Source: Candidatus Hodarchaeota archaeon (lineage in GTDB: Archaea; Asgardarchaeota; Lokiarchaeia; Sigyniarchaeales; SOKP01). From it: a stretch of DNA of 54,828 nt. Positions 44,529-54,300 of the stretch are shown piece after piece (the first letter of the stretch is position 1; each line of letters begins with the position of its first letter). Both the position numbers and the translations under genes were made by a program. The notes below the pieces were generated by a model. The model ran no database searches. It saw nothing but the letters and a program-made list of their open reading frames with translations, and was not told the origin of the DNA. The stretch covers positions 1 to 54,828 of the forward strand of contig JBHLKA010000003.1 in the NCBI GenBank assembly GCA_048887145.1, read 5' to 3'.

Positions 44529-46202
44529 TTATTTGAAAATTATTCCCTCTAAAGGAGTTAATTTAATATTTCCATTATACACTTCCAAATCTAAAGCAAC
44601 TCTGTTAGACAAGGTGGAGAATAGTAGACTTGGTTTATGTATTGGACTTTTGATTAATCTTTCTTTTTTAGAGAAATTTAGGATTACAAAAATTTGCTCA
44701 TTAAGATAGTATCTACGATATACTAAACATTTATTTTTTGATCCTTTTAGTGTCAAAAATTCAAATTTACCCTCTTGTAATAATCTATTTGCTTTACGTG
44801 CCTTCAGTAATCTTTTATAGCAATTAAATAAAGAACTAGGATTCTTTTTTTCCATTTTCACATTTACTTTTTTGTATGTTTCTGAAACTCTTAGCCATGG
44901 TTTAATTTGAGAGTCTACCGAGAAACCTGCATTTAGTTCCGAATTCCATTGCATAGGTGTTCGACATCTATCACGAGTCAAAGAAAAACCAAATAATTTA
45001 CTGATTAATGGAATTGGGAAAAATGAAAATTTCTGGCCAATTGGATCTTGACTATCTTTTAATTTAAAATCGACATTTGACATGCCAATTTCTTCTCCAT
45101 AATAGATAAATGGGATTCCCCTTAAAGTTAACTGCATAGTAGCTAACAACTTAGCTTTTTGAATATTTTTATTTATAAGAGAAATGTATCTATCTCTATC
45201 ATGATTCCCGTAAACATAAGTAGGCGTAAAAGGAGGAGGTAATGCTTTCTCTATTTGTGAAATTACTCTAGAAATCTTTCTTGGTTTAAATGAGGGAGCT
45301 GTTGAGGCGAATTTGAATAGAAAAACTGAATGCAAACCATCATTATTAGGACCATAGTATTTTGCTAATTCTTCAATATTTCCGAATACTTCCCCTACTA
45401 GGAATCTTTCTGGTTCATATTCATCTATTACTTTTCTCAATTGCAGGGCAAAATCAAATGTTTCAGGAAGATTTAAATCATATTTATGCTTTCGAAATAA
45501 AGAAGCCACGCTTTTTTCTGATGGAAATAATTTTAAGCAGAATTCATCATTTTTCAAATTGGCATCTTCAAAGATGGAATGCAAAATATCTAAACGAAAC
45601 CCATCAACTCCCTTGTCTAACCAAAATCTTAATGTATTAAACATTTCTTCTTTAACTTCTGTGTTCCTATAATTTAAATCAGGTTGAAAAGGTAGAAAAT
45701 GAAAATAAACCCATTGATCTGTATTATTAAAATATCTCCACGCTGAACCACCTGGTATGGCTTTCCAATTATTGGGTGGTTTCTTCCCTTTAGGCTTCTT
45801 ACCATCTCGCCATATATACCAATCACGTTTAGGATTATTTTTACTGGAAACTGATTCTCTAAACCATGGATGTTCATCTGAAGTATGATTAAGAACTATA
45901 TCTAACACGATTTTCATATTTCTGTGATGTATTTCATGGAGAAGTTTATCAAAATCCCTCATTGTACCATAAATAGGATCTACAGATCGAAAATCAGAAA
46001 CATCGTAACCATGGTCTCTTTGAGGAGAGTTAAAAAAGGGATTAAACCAAATCGTTTCAACGCCTAATTCTTCTAAATAATCAAGATTTTCAAATATTCC
46101 TTTTAGATCTCCTATTCCATTACCACTAGTATCTTTATAACTTCTAGGATAAATTTGATAAACAACTGTTTTTTGCCACCACTTTAAATAAACACCACTC
46201 AT
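44529..46202 (-). CDS. GH13 alpha-glucosidase / oligo-1,6-glucosidase family protein
   Basis: WWQKTVVYQIYPRS, DIVLNHTS, QPDLN, GVDGFRLD, VGEV, GNHD, YYGEEIGM, RTPMQW. Confidence 0.94.
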   Translation of the reverse strand: MSGVYLKWWQKTVVYQIYPRSYKDTSGNGIGDLKGIFENLDYLEELGVETIWFNPFFNSPQRDHGYDVSDFRSVDPIYGTMRDFDKLLHEIHHRNMKIVLDIVLNHTSDEHPWFRESVSSKNNPKRDWYIWRDGKKPKGKKPPNNWKAIPGGSAWRYFNNTDQWVYFHFLPFQPDLNYRNTEVKEEMFNTLRFWLDKGVDGFRLDILHSIFEDANLKNDEFCLKLFPSEKSVASLFRKHKYDLNLPETFDFALQLRKVIDEYEPERFLVGEVFGNIEELAKYYGPNNDGLHSVFLFKFASTAPSFKPRKISRVISQIEKALPPPFTPTYVYGNHDRDRYISLINKNIQKAKLLATMQLTLRGIPFIYYGEEIGMSNVDFKLKDSQDPIGQKFSFFPIPLISKLFGFSLTRDRCRTPMQWNSELNAGFSVDSQIKPWLRVSETYKKVNVKMEKKNPSSLFNCYKRLLKARKANRLLQEGKFEFLTLKGSKNKCLVYRRYYLNEQIFVILNFSKKERLIKSPIHKPSLLFSTLSNRVALDLEVYNGNIKLTPLEGIIFK

Positions 46203-46306
46203 AAATCATGCAATATTTAAAATAATAAAATACTTTTTCAATTATTTTATTGTAGCGTGTAATTTTAAGAAAAGTATAAATTATTTCAATGTCCTATTTT
46301 TAAATT

Positions 46307-46840
46307 ATGGAATCAAAATCTTTGGAATTAATAGATTTTATAAAGTCTCGACGAAGCGTTAGAAATTTTATCTATGAAAAGATTAACAATGATTCAATAA
46401 AAGAAATATTAGAGTGTGGTAGATGGGCGCCATCTGGTCAAAATAACCAACCTTGGAAAGTCTGTATTGTAGTCCATCCAACTGTTAAAAGAATGATTGC
46501 TGAGCAGTCTGAATACGGGGGTATTATTGAAAGTGCTTATGTTAATCTTGTAATATTTTTAGATCTCGATCGAAGTTATGATAGAACAAAAGACCTTCAA
46601 GCCATGGGTGCTTTTATCCAGAACATTCTTTTAGGAATCCATGCAAAGGGATTTGGGGGAGTATGGATTGGAGAAATCTTAAAGAATAAGGAGAAAATAA
46701 ACGAAATTTTCAAGCTTCCAACAGAAAAATATGAACTCATGTGTGTTATTACATTCGGTATAATTGACGAAGCACTGGAAGGAAAAAGAAAAAAAGAGAG
46801 GGAAAGAAGGCCTATAGATGAATTTATTGATTGGTATTAA
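46307..46840 (+). CDS. Nitroreductase family protein
   Basis: RRSVRNF, APSGQNNQPW, QNILL, GFGGVWIG. Confidence 0.93.
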   Translation: MESKSLELIDFIKSRRSVRNFIYEKINNDSIKEILECGRWAPSGQNNQPWKVCIVVHPTVKRMIAEQSEYGGIIESAYVNLVIFLDLDRSYDRTKDLQAMGAFIQNILLGIHAKGFGGVWIGEILKNKEKINEIFKLPTEKYELMCVITFGIIDEALEGKRKKERERRPIDEFIDWY

Positions 46841-46890
46841 CAATACAAAGTAATTCGTTTACAATGTTGAATACCTATTTTATTACTTTT

Positions 46891-47592
46891 TTATTGCATT
46901 TCTTTTTTCGTTCTTTCGAGATCTAAATTAAAAAAAGCATGCCCATAATGAGAGAATAGCACCGATGCGGGATTATGGGGGGCAGATCTTTCTTTTGCAA
47001 TTAAAGTAGTAACTGGTGCTTTTGATAGATGAGTAAATGTAATATCATGCCCAACACAAAGACCAATTATAACATTCATTTCTGTTTTGAATTTATTTAA
47101 TAACAAAGCTTGAGCTACTGGATTACAAGTTATCCACCCTATCACATACCCTGTTTTGGAGTTCATTGTATATTCTTTTGGTACACCTACTTCTGCTTTT
47201 TTAATACCCCCAGTTTTACAACAAACAGAAAATATATTAAATCCATATTTTTCTAATATTTCAGCGATTTTTTCAGCTTCTTTTAGGAGGCCAATGCAAA
47301 AAGCTAAACCGATTTTTTTATAATTCATTCCTTTGGCATATTCAATAGTATCTTTTAATCGAGGCCAATGAATATACCCCTTTGCTTCTACAATTGATGC
47401 AACCGCAGTGGAGCTTTTTATAAAATCTTCTGTATCATACAATGCTTTTGCTTCTTTTTGAATTTCAGGATTAATTATCATTGGGCAATTTCCAATTTTC
47501 TTATTTGGACGTCCAATTGTACAATAATTCAAACTATTACATTTATGACAAGAGAGTTTTGAATGAATTTCTTCATTATTATTCTGATTCAT
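46891..47592 (-). CDS. DUF1847-like metal-binding protein
   Basis: KIGLAFCIGL, SVCCK, CNPVAQA, GLCVGHD, HNP. Confidence 0.85.
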   Translation of the reverse strand: MNQNNNEEIHSKLSCHKCNSLNYCTIGRPNKKIGNCPMIINPEIQKEAKALYDTEDFIKSSTAVASIVEAKGYIHWPRLKDTIEYAKGMNYKKIGLAFCIGLLKEAEKIAEILEKYGFNIFSVCCKTGGIKKAEVGVPKEYTMNSKTGYVIGWITCNPVAQALLLNKFKTEMNVIIGLCVGHDITFTHLSKAPVTTLIAKERSAPHNPASVLFSHYGHAFFNLDLERTKKEMQ

Positions 47593-47728
47593 ACGAAATA
47601 TCTACTCAAGGAAAAAAAATTAATTTAAATAAAAAATATTTTTAATTCTTTAAATTAATTTCAAATTTATTTCAAATGAAAGTTTTTTAGAGAAAAAGAA
47701 GGAGAGAAATAGAAAAATAGAGATTATT

Positions 47729-49174
47729 TTAAATTTTATGGGAATTATTTTCACGTAATTCAAGTCCTCTCTGTTTAAGTATACCTGAGATTCGTTGTAC
47801 ATCTTTATTTACCCATCTTGTGGCAAGAAACCATAATAAACCGCCAATTATTCCAATACTCATTGTTATAGATACCGTTATTTGATAATTTTGATTAAAA
47901 GAGGCTAAGAGAAAACCTGCTATAATGGGACCTGTACCGCTTCCAAACAACTCTAAAAACTGGTTTGCTGAACTAACTGTTCCTTGTGATTCAGGTAAAT
48001 TAATCGCTTGTAATATGGGCGGCTGATTTATGTTCCATAATCCAACAACAGCACGAGCAAAAAATGCTAATGAACCCATCACCCATACTATAGGAAAGGA
48101 AAATACATATAATAGATTTTCTCCATCTTCCTTAGAGATATGAGGGATCGGAAGATTAAATATAACTATATAGAAACTAAAAAGAATAACAATAGACAAG
48201 ACAATCATATAAATTCTATTTTTTATATTTCTCTTAGCTAATTTATCAGAAAGCTTAGCTAATGCTAAAGATCCAAATAGTCCACCAGGAAGACCAAAAA
48301 CTATCATATATATACTTGAAACAAATGGGGATATATTATATGGAGGGGATTGTATATACGGAACGAATAAGAAGTCAGGAACCATCAATAAAATTGTAGT
48401 AAAAATGCCTTCAACAAAAGCTATAATATTTGTAGGGGCAAAAATAGTTAATTTTATCGTTTCTCTGTTCAATTTATAATCATATTTAATTCTCTCATCT
48501 AATAGGATATGTTTTAGCTCGTCATGGCTTGCTGCTCTTTTTGGTTCTTCACCTTTTAAAAGGATTATAAATCCAAAAATAATGAAAATTGAACCTGTAA
48601 ACCAAAAATATTCTCTCCAATAAAGATTTTGAAATAAAAGTGCGGAGATTAACATTCCCATTATTTGAAAAAGTTGAAATAATGCCTGTAAAATCCCAAA
48701 AAATTGAGATCGTTGTTTTTCTTCGGTAGCATCATTTACAAAAGAATTGATAATTGGATAAAAACCGCCAGAAGCAAAACTTCTAACTAAATTGAAAACT
48801 AAGAAAAAATTAAAAGTGGTTGTTCCTATTCCAGCAGGAGCAAGACCATTATAAAGTAATCCAACCCCAAAAACTATTTCTGTAAATGACATTAATACTA
48901 TACGGGAATATTTATCTGCTAAAACTCCAAATATGATACCTGATATAGCCATGCCATACATGCCAGTACCCACCATTATACCTAATTCACTCGCATGAAA
49001 ATCATCCCCTGGCCACATTATATTTGAAAATATCAAGAAATTAATGAAAATTGTAGATAAGGTAAATGCATAAGAATTATATATAAGAAAATTCGACCAC
49101 AGTTTTCTTAATAGATAAAAAAAACCTTTTGATTTTTCTGAATTTTTTAAATTATCCTCAATTTCCATAACCAC
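47729..49174 (-). CDS. MFS transporter
   Basis: About 12 TM helices; GVLADKYSR, WREYF, EPKRA, LSDK. Confidence 0.9.
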   Translation of the reverse strand: MVMEIEDNLKNSEKSKGFFYLLRKLWSNFLIYNSYAFTLSTIFINFLIFSNIMWPGDDFHASELGIMVGTGMYGMAISGIIFGVLADKYSRIVLMSFTEIVFGVGLLYNGLAPAGIGTTTFNFFLVFNLVRSFASGGFYPIINSFVNDATEEKQRSQFFGILQALFQLFQIMGMLISALLFQNLYWREYFWFTGSIFIIFGFIILLKGEEPKRAASHDELKHILLDERIKYDYKLNRETIKLTIFAPTNIIAFVEGIFTTILLMVPDFLFVPYIQSPPYNISPFVSSIYMIVFGLPGGLFGSLALAKLSDKLAKRNIKNRIYMIVLSIVILFSFYIVIFNLPIPHISKEDGENLLYVFSFPIVWVMGSLAFFARAVVGLWNINQPPILQAINLPESQGTVSSANQFLELFGSGTGPIIAGFLLASFNQNYQITVSITMSIGIIGGLLWFLATRWVNKDVQRISGILKQRGLELRENNSHKI

Positions 49175-49294
49175 TGAAAAGGAGTAAAAAATTTAAAACT
49201 TACTTTTATATATTAAATAAAAATGAGCAATTCTAGAATTGATAAAAATCTTTAAAATCAGTTTTTAAATTACTTATTCTTTAAAATGAAGTGT

Positions 49295-49942
49295 CTATCT
49301 CCAGAAATGGATGAAATCAGAAAAAAGTGGCCCAATCCAGTAGTAGAAATCAACCCATAATTGATATGTAAATCCAAGATATAAAAAAGCGTATATAAAA
49401 GCAAAAATAAACCCAAAAATTACATCAATTGGAAAATGAACTCCTAAAATAAGTCGCGAAATAGCCATTACAACATCTAATCCAAAGAAGATGATGAATA
49501 TATAAAAATTGTTAAAATACCAAGCAAAGATTATTCCAAAAAAAAGAAAAAACGTAACATGACCGCTTGGAAAAGATTTTTGTTCAGATTCTGACATTAG
49601 GTAAGGGATTCTTATGAAATCATCATGCTTTTTTACTCCCTTGCTTTCCAAAATAACATAAGGCCGTTTTCTTCTTATTAATCGATATCTAATAAGACTA
49701 TGAATTAATATACTTTGTTCAAATCCGCTTGTGAAAATTACGAGCAAGTAATAATCCTTTGTGATATACCCATAGATAAACCATACTAACCAGACTCCTC
49801 CCCAAAAATAAAAACTACCAAAAAAGGAGTATATTTCAGCAAAAATTTTAGTTCGTTTACTAAAATCACTATTATATAAATTTAGGAAGATTCTATGATC
49901 CCAATTCTCTAGTTTTTCAATATATTCTGAAAGAAAAGCCAT
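49295..49942 (-). CDS. PAP2-family membrane phosphatase
   Basis: RRKRP, SFPSGH, SRLILGVHFPIDV. Confidence 0.92.
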   Translation of the reverse strand: MAFLSEYIEKLENWDHRIFLNLYNSDFSKRTKIFAEIYSFFGSFYFWGGVWLVWFIYGYITKDYYLLVIFTSGFEQSILIHSLIRYRLIRRKRPYVILESKGVKKHDDFIRIPYLMSESEQKSFPSGHVTFFLFFGIIFAWYFNNFYIFIIFFGLDVVMAISRLILGVHFPIDVIFGFIFAFIYAFLYLGFTYQLWVDFYYWIGPLFSDFIHFWR

Positions 49943-50164
49943 AGCATTAAATCCCTATTGGATGATTTACTTTTATAAATTGAAATATTAAAACTTTATC
50001 CTACTATTAATAATTTTGATACTTTTAATCTTATAGTAAAGATTTTTTGTAACTTTTTCATACTATGTAGAATCAACAACATTTATATAGAATAAGCAAT
50101 ATATAAATCTTAACTAATACTGTAATTCCCTTTATAATTTAAAATAAAAATATAAAGTGATAAT

Positions 50165-50677
50165 ATGGTTGAAAAAAAGTATGCTGGATTTTCGGAAGAA
50201 CATTTACGTAGAATTGCTTTAAAGAAAGTACAATTTAGAATGTCAATTAAAATACATATAGGGTTATTTATTGTGGTTAATACTTTATTGCTAATTTTGA
50301 ATTTACTTTTTAATCCAACTACACTATGGGTAATCTTTCCATTCTTTGGATGGTTAATCGGACTTGCTGAACACATAGCAACATATATTGTTTATGCTAA
50401 GGGAATATACCCTGGAGCCAAGAGAGCAGTATTTTTTCATTGTATTGCTTATATTTTTGTTATTTTGTATCTCTTCATTATAAACTTAATGGTAACTCCT
50501 GATTTTTACTGGGTACTATTTCCAACAATATTCTGGGGTACAGGGCTAGTTATTCATCTAATAGCATATTTCATATATCGTCGACCTTCTATTGATAGTG
50601 AAGGCACTTTAAAATCCAGAACTGAGCGTGCCGTTGAGAAAGAGTTAGAAAAAATGAAAAAAAAAATGAATCAGTAG
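50165..50677 (+). CDS. Tandem 2TM-domain membrane protein
   Basis: Two repeats of H..F..(V/I)N..W..FP...W..GL..H and a terminal AVEKELEK. Confidence 0.8.
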   Translation: MVEKKYAGFSEEHLRRIALKKVQFRMSIKIHIGLFIVVNTLLLILNLLFNPTTLWVIFPFFGWLIGLAEHIATYIVYAKGIYPGAKRAVFFHCIAYIFVILYLFIINLMVTPDFYWVLFPTIFWGTGLVIHLIAYFIYRRPSIDSEGTLKSRTERAVEKELEKMKKKMNQ

Positions 50678-50691
50678 GGTGTATTAAACTA

Positions 50692-51330
50692 GTGTGGCTT
50701 GGTAAATTCCTAAACCTTGAAGAAGATTTGGATGAATTAAAAGATAAAATAAAACGAGGAATTTTGGAAGATATCACTAGGAATAAAATTACACCTCTAG
50801 AATTTACTATTATTGAGACAATCTTCAATAGTAAGGAATTATCTGGATATGATCTTATATTAAATTTAAATAGACATTTTGCCGGTACTTGGGAAGCTCA
50901 ATCTGGTACAATTTATCCGATTTTATCAAAATTAAAAAAAGAAAATTTTTTAAAATCTAGACCTGTAAAAAGTCCAATAGGTCCAATTAGAAAAGTCTAT
51001 TCTTTAACAGAAGCGGGAGAACAAATCCTCAAAGTGAAAGTTAATAAAAACTTTGAAGATCAACTAAGATTTATTGAAAATTTTCTTGTCGAACTGTCTT
51101 CAATTTACATTCAATCATTCCCAGAAAATGAGAGAGAACAAAGGATCGAAGAAGTAAATAATAGTCTGAAAGAAATCCTCGAAAATGCAGTAAAAAAAAT
51201 ACCACCTACCCTTAATTTTAAAACAAAATGCTCAGAATGTGGAGCTGAAATTAATAGACAGGCATTATATTGCCCAAAATGTGGTATTTCTATAATTTCT
51301 AAAGATAAAAATACTAATTCCGCTGAATGA
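50692..51330 (+). CDS. PadR-family transcriptional regulator with C-terminal zinc ribbon
   Basis: SGYDL, GTIYPIL, RKVYSLTEAG; CSECG..CPKCG. Confidence 0.9.
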   Translation: MWLGKFLNLEEDLDELKDKIKRGILEDITRNKITPLEFTIIETIFNSKELSGYDLILNLNRHFAGTWEAQSGTIYPILSKLKKENFLKSRPVKSPIGPIRKVYSLTEAGEQILKVKVNKNFEDQLRFIENFLVELSSIYIQSFPENEREQRIEEVNNSLKEILENAVKKIPPTLNFKTKCSECGAEINRQALYCPKCGISIISKDKNTNSAE

Positions 51331-51441
51331 TATGTCAAACCCTTTAAATAATTAAATCAGATTTATTTTTTTACCTAAAACAACTATAATTTATATTTAA
51401 TTTATATTTTTAAAAATAAGGAAATTTTTTTTTTAATTTTA

Positions 51442-52014
51442 TTAAGTTTTTACTATTGCATTAACATAGAAAGATACTATGATAAGTGAGCCTCCTGTAA
51501 TAACGTATATTAATCTCCAATAAAATAGACCCAAAAAGTTAAAGATGATGAAAGAATAAAGTAGAAGGCCAAGAAAAACAACTATAGAGATTATTATATT
51601 AATTCTGTTTTCTTGTCTAGGGAATATGTTATTGAGGGAGAATTCATACATGATTGGAATTGAAAACCCACTGATAGGACCACCTATGATTGTTAAGATG
51701 ATATAGTGTTCGTATCTCCAAGTAAATGAGAAAAAAATAAGTAAGAATGCTGAAATGAGAATGAATATAATAAAGATCGAAGTATTTTGGATTTTCTCCT
51801 TGAGTTTAAAACTTACTATAAAAGCTACGAAAAAGAGTATAAAACTAATCGTACTAAAATCTGCTATAAGATAATTACTGAAAAACCAGGAATAATAATA
51901 CTCCGGATTTGAGGATAGCAAAACAAATGCTGTTATCATGTAAAAGGGTAATAGTAATACACTAAATACTGAAATAATATTTATGGTATGTTTTGTAATA
52001 TTTTTAATATTCAT
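51442..52014 (-). CDS. Hypothetical 6-TM membrane protein (half-MFS-like)
   Basis: Six hydrophobic helices; FPRQENR loop and YWRLIY resemble the N-terminal half of an MFS transporter. Confidence 0.6.
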   Translation of the reverse strand: MNIKNITKHTINIISVFSVLLLPFYMITAFVLLSSNPEYYYSWFFSNYLIADFSTISFILFFVAFIVSFKLKEKIQNTSIFIIFILISAFLLIFFSFTWRYEHYIILTIIGGPISGFSIPIMYEFSLNNIFPRQENRINIIISIVVFLGLLLYSFIIFNFLGLFYWRLIYVITGGSLIIVSFYVNAIVKT

Positions 52015-52115
52015 AAAATTAATTTATATTAAATGCTTTTAAAAGTTTTTTCAAATTAAAAACTCACTAAAAATCATGAGTAAAAGTTTATAAAGTATAC
52101 AATAAATAATTTATT

Positions 52116-54176
52116 ATGTCTAAGCTATTCAAATTAAGGCTTTCTTTGATTCTATTAATAGTGGGTATAGGTTTAATACCAACTGCCTTTCTAGCTAAGG
52201 GGTATTTTCAAGATCAAGTTCCCGCCAATGTACCAGAAACGCTTTTAAAGCTCAAAAATGAAGGAATTTCATATGTAGAACAAGAATTTAAAGGATTATG
52301 TATTCCAGACCTTGTTCCCCTATTGGTGGAAGAAAAATTAATTGAAATTGAAGAAGATATTGCTAAAGTAAGAGATATTCCTAAATTTCTTAGATTTATA
52401 AGAAGTGAACTCATTAATAGTTTTCCTTCGATAATTAATGGGTCAAAAGCCGCAGGTGAAATAAACAACGTAATATCCTTGGTTCAAACGCAGAACTCTA
52501 CATCTCTGGAAATTGCTAGGAATAAATTTTTTAATAACTATACATTTCAAGATAATTATTCTACTCCGATTGAAGGTATTTCGGAGCGTATGATGGGTTC
52601 AGTTAGTCTTAATTATTCTGATATTGCTCAAGCAAGAATACTTGAAGGCTATACATATAATGGAACTCCCTATCCTGGAATAACTACTGATACTCGTCTT
52701 GGCGAAGGAATTAATGATTGGCTTGAATTTTATTCTCTTGCCGAGTCTGATCCTGGAAATCAGTCATTAATGGAACAAGTTTATAATTGTTCCTGGACAT
52801 CTGGTCAGTTACAGAATTTATCAGCTTATATAAAGAGTTACTTGTGGAACACGGTTGTAAAGAATTATTATGACTCTAAAGGGATTACAGATCCTACTGA
52901 ATTTGAATTTTGCGCTCAATGGGCCAATTTAAGCTTTTATATGAATTATATAAATTTGGATTATTTTAGTGAAGTAATTAATCAAACTTTATTTCCATAT
53001 GAAGCAGCAACAATTCTTGCTGGAATAATCATCACTCCAACAGGTATATCATTTTCATCAGCAAAAGATCTATGGAATTCAACTAATCCTTTATCATTTG
53101 TTAATGATACTGGCTTTTTAACATGGTTAAATGCTAGTACAGATGCGAGTTATCGACCGGGATTAACTTACGCTTTCAGTATAACATATGATCAAGTATT
53201 AAAAATTCTTACGTGGTTATTTAGCCCTGTAAAAGAGAATATCGTTCCAAATTTGATTAAATATCCTCAACCTTATGGTTATGGTATGAATACTACAGAA
53301 TATTCAAAGGTTTTGTTTTATGAACAGTGGGCAAATGGGACAGTTGTTGAAGATGGACTTGTACTCCATATTATAGGTAACATTACCTATAAAGGTATTG
53401 AAGCAGGCATTCCTACTAAAACCAATATTTCATTAGAAGCAACCCGAGCTCTTTTTGATGAAACCAATACCTCATCATTCATAAACAGGTATGGAATCTT
53501 GAAATGGATTGAAGCCTCAGAAGGAGATGTTACAGTTCAAAATGAATTAATCTCAAAATTTAAGTTAAATATAGTTCAAATAAATTTAACCAATAATTGG
53601 CTATTTTCCACTCTTCGATATGATGTACTACCTTATATTTCATTCCGATATCCTCTAGTAAAGTGTATGGGAGTTAGAAGAACGACGTTAGACTATGCAG
53701 AAATTGAATTTTATCGTCAATGGGCAAACGGGTCGATATTTACTGAAGGAATTGATATTGCACCTTTCTTATTGTTAGAATCTCCGATTAAAAATTTTGA
53801 GGCCGGAATACCAACTCTGAATTGCACCCAATCAAAATTATTATGGGATGAAGATAATTACTACTCATTTGTTAATCCAAAAGGAATATCTATTTGGTAT
53901 GAAGCTTTAGGATTTCCCAATCACAGAAATACGCTTAAATCATCTACTACCAATTTTAATCTAACAGATAGTGAATTAAATTCTATCTTAGATTGGTTAA
54001 TCTATGTTAGAGATAATTTAACTCTTCAATATACACTAGTAAAAAATAATTTACCGGCAAATTATTATATACTAGCTGATTGGTATTTTATGGGAATGAT
54101 GATAGGTGCTATTGGATTTTCAAGTGTTGGTTTGATAGTTGGTGTGATAGTAATAATGTTCCAAAAAAAAAGATGA
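52116..54176 (+). CDS. Two-TM surface protein with three ~133-aa QWAN repeats
   Basis: N- and C-terminal hydrophobic helices; QWAN at 52917, 53325 and 53718, each followed by EA.., L(W/F)..N..SF(V/I)N..G...W and a WL-terminated helix; many N-x-S/T sequons. Confidence 0.8.
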   Translation: MSKLFKLRLSLILLIVGIGLIPTAFLAKGYFQDQVPANVPETLLKLKNEGISYVEQEFKGLCIPDLVPLLVEEKLIEIEEDIAKVRDIPKFLRFIRSELINSFPSIINGSKAAGEINNVISLVQTQNSTSLEIARNKFFNNYTFQDNYSTPIEGISERMMGSVSLNYSDIAQARILEGYTYNGTPYPGITTDTRLGEGINDWLEFYSLAESDPGNQSLMEQVYNCSWTSGQLQNLSAYIKSYLWNTVVKNYYDSKGITDPTEFEFCAQWANLSFYMNYINLDYFSEVINQTLFPYEAATILAGIIITPTGISFSSAKDLWNSTNPLSFVNDTGFLTWLNASTDASYRPGLTYAFSITYDQVLKILTWLFSPVKENIVPNLIKYPQPYGYGMNTTEYSKVLFYEQWANGTVVEDGLVLHIIGNITYKGIEAGIPTKTNISLEATRALFDETNTSSFINRYGILKWIEASEGDVTVQNELISKFKLNIVQINLTNNWLFSTLRYDVLPYISFRYPLVKCMGVRRTTLDYAEIEFYRQWANGSIFTEGIDIAPFLLLESPIKNFEAGIPTLNCTQSKLLWDEDNYYSFVNPKGISIWYEALGFPNHRNTLKSSTTNFNLTDSELNSILDWLIYVRDNLTLQYTLVKNNLPANYYILADWYFMGMMIGAIGFSSVGLIVGVIVIMFQKKR

Positions 54177-54300
54177 AGATTATATAAATAAATATCTCTT
54201 TTTCTTAATTTTCATGTAATTAGTATATAACTTTCAATAATTTTTACAAGTAAAAAAGTTTAAAGAAAAAAAATTTATTTTATTATTTAAATTTCTTATT

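Noticed and set aside
21786-54176. Selenocysteine read-through at TGA-terminated genes (stops at 21788, 34691, 38431, 51330, 54176)
   Set aside because: Each protein looks complete at its TGA, none belongs to a known selenoprotein family, and no SECIS-like hairpin was recognised.
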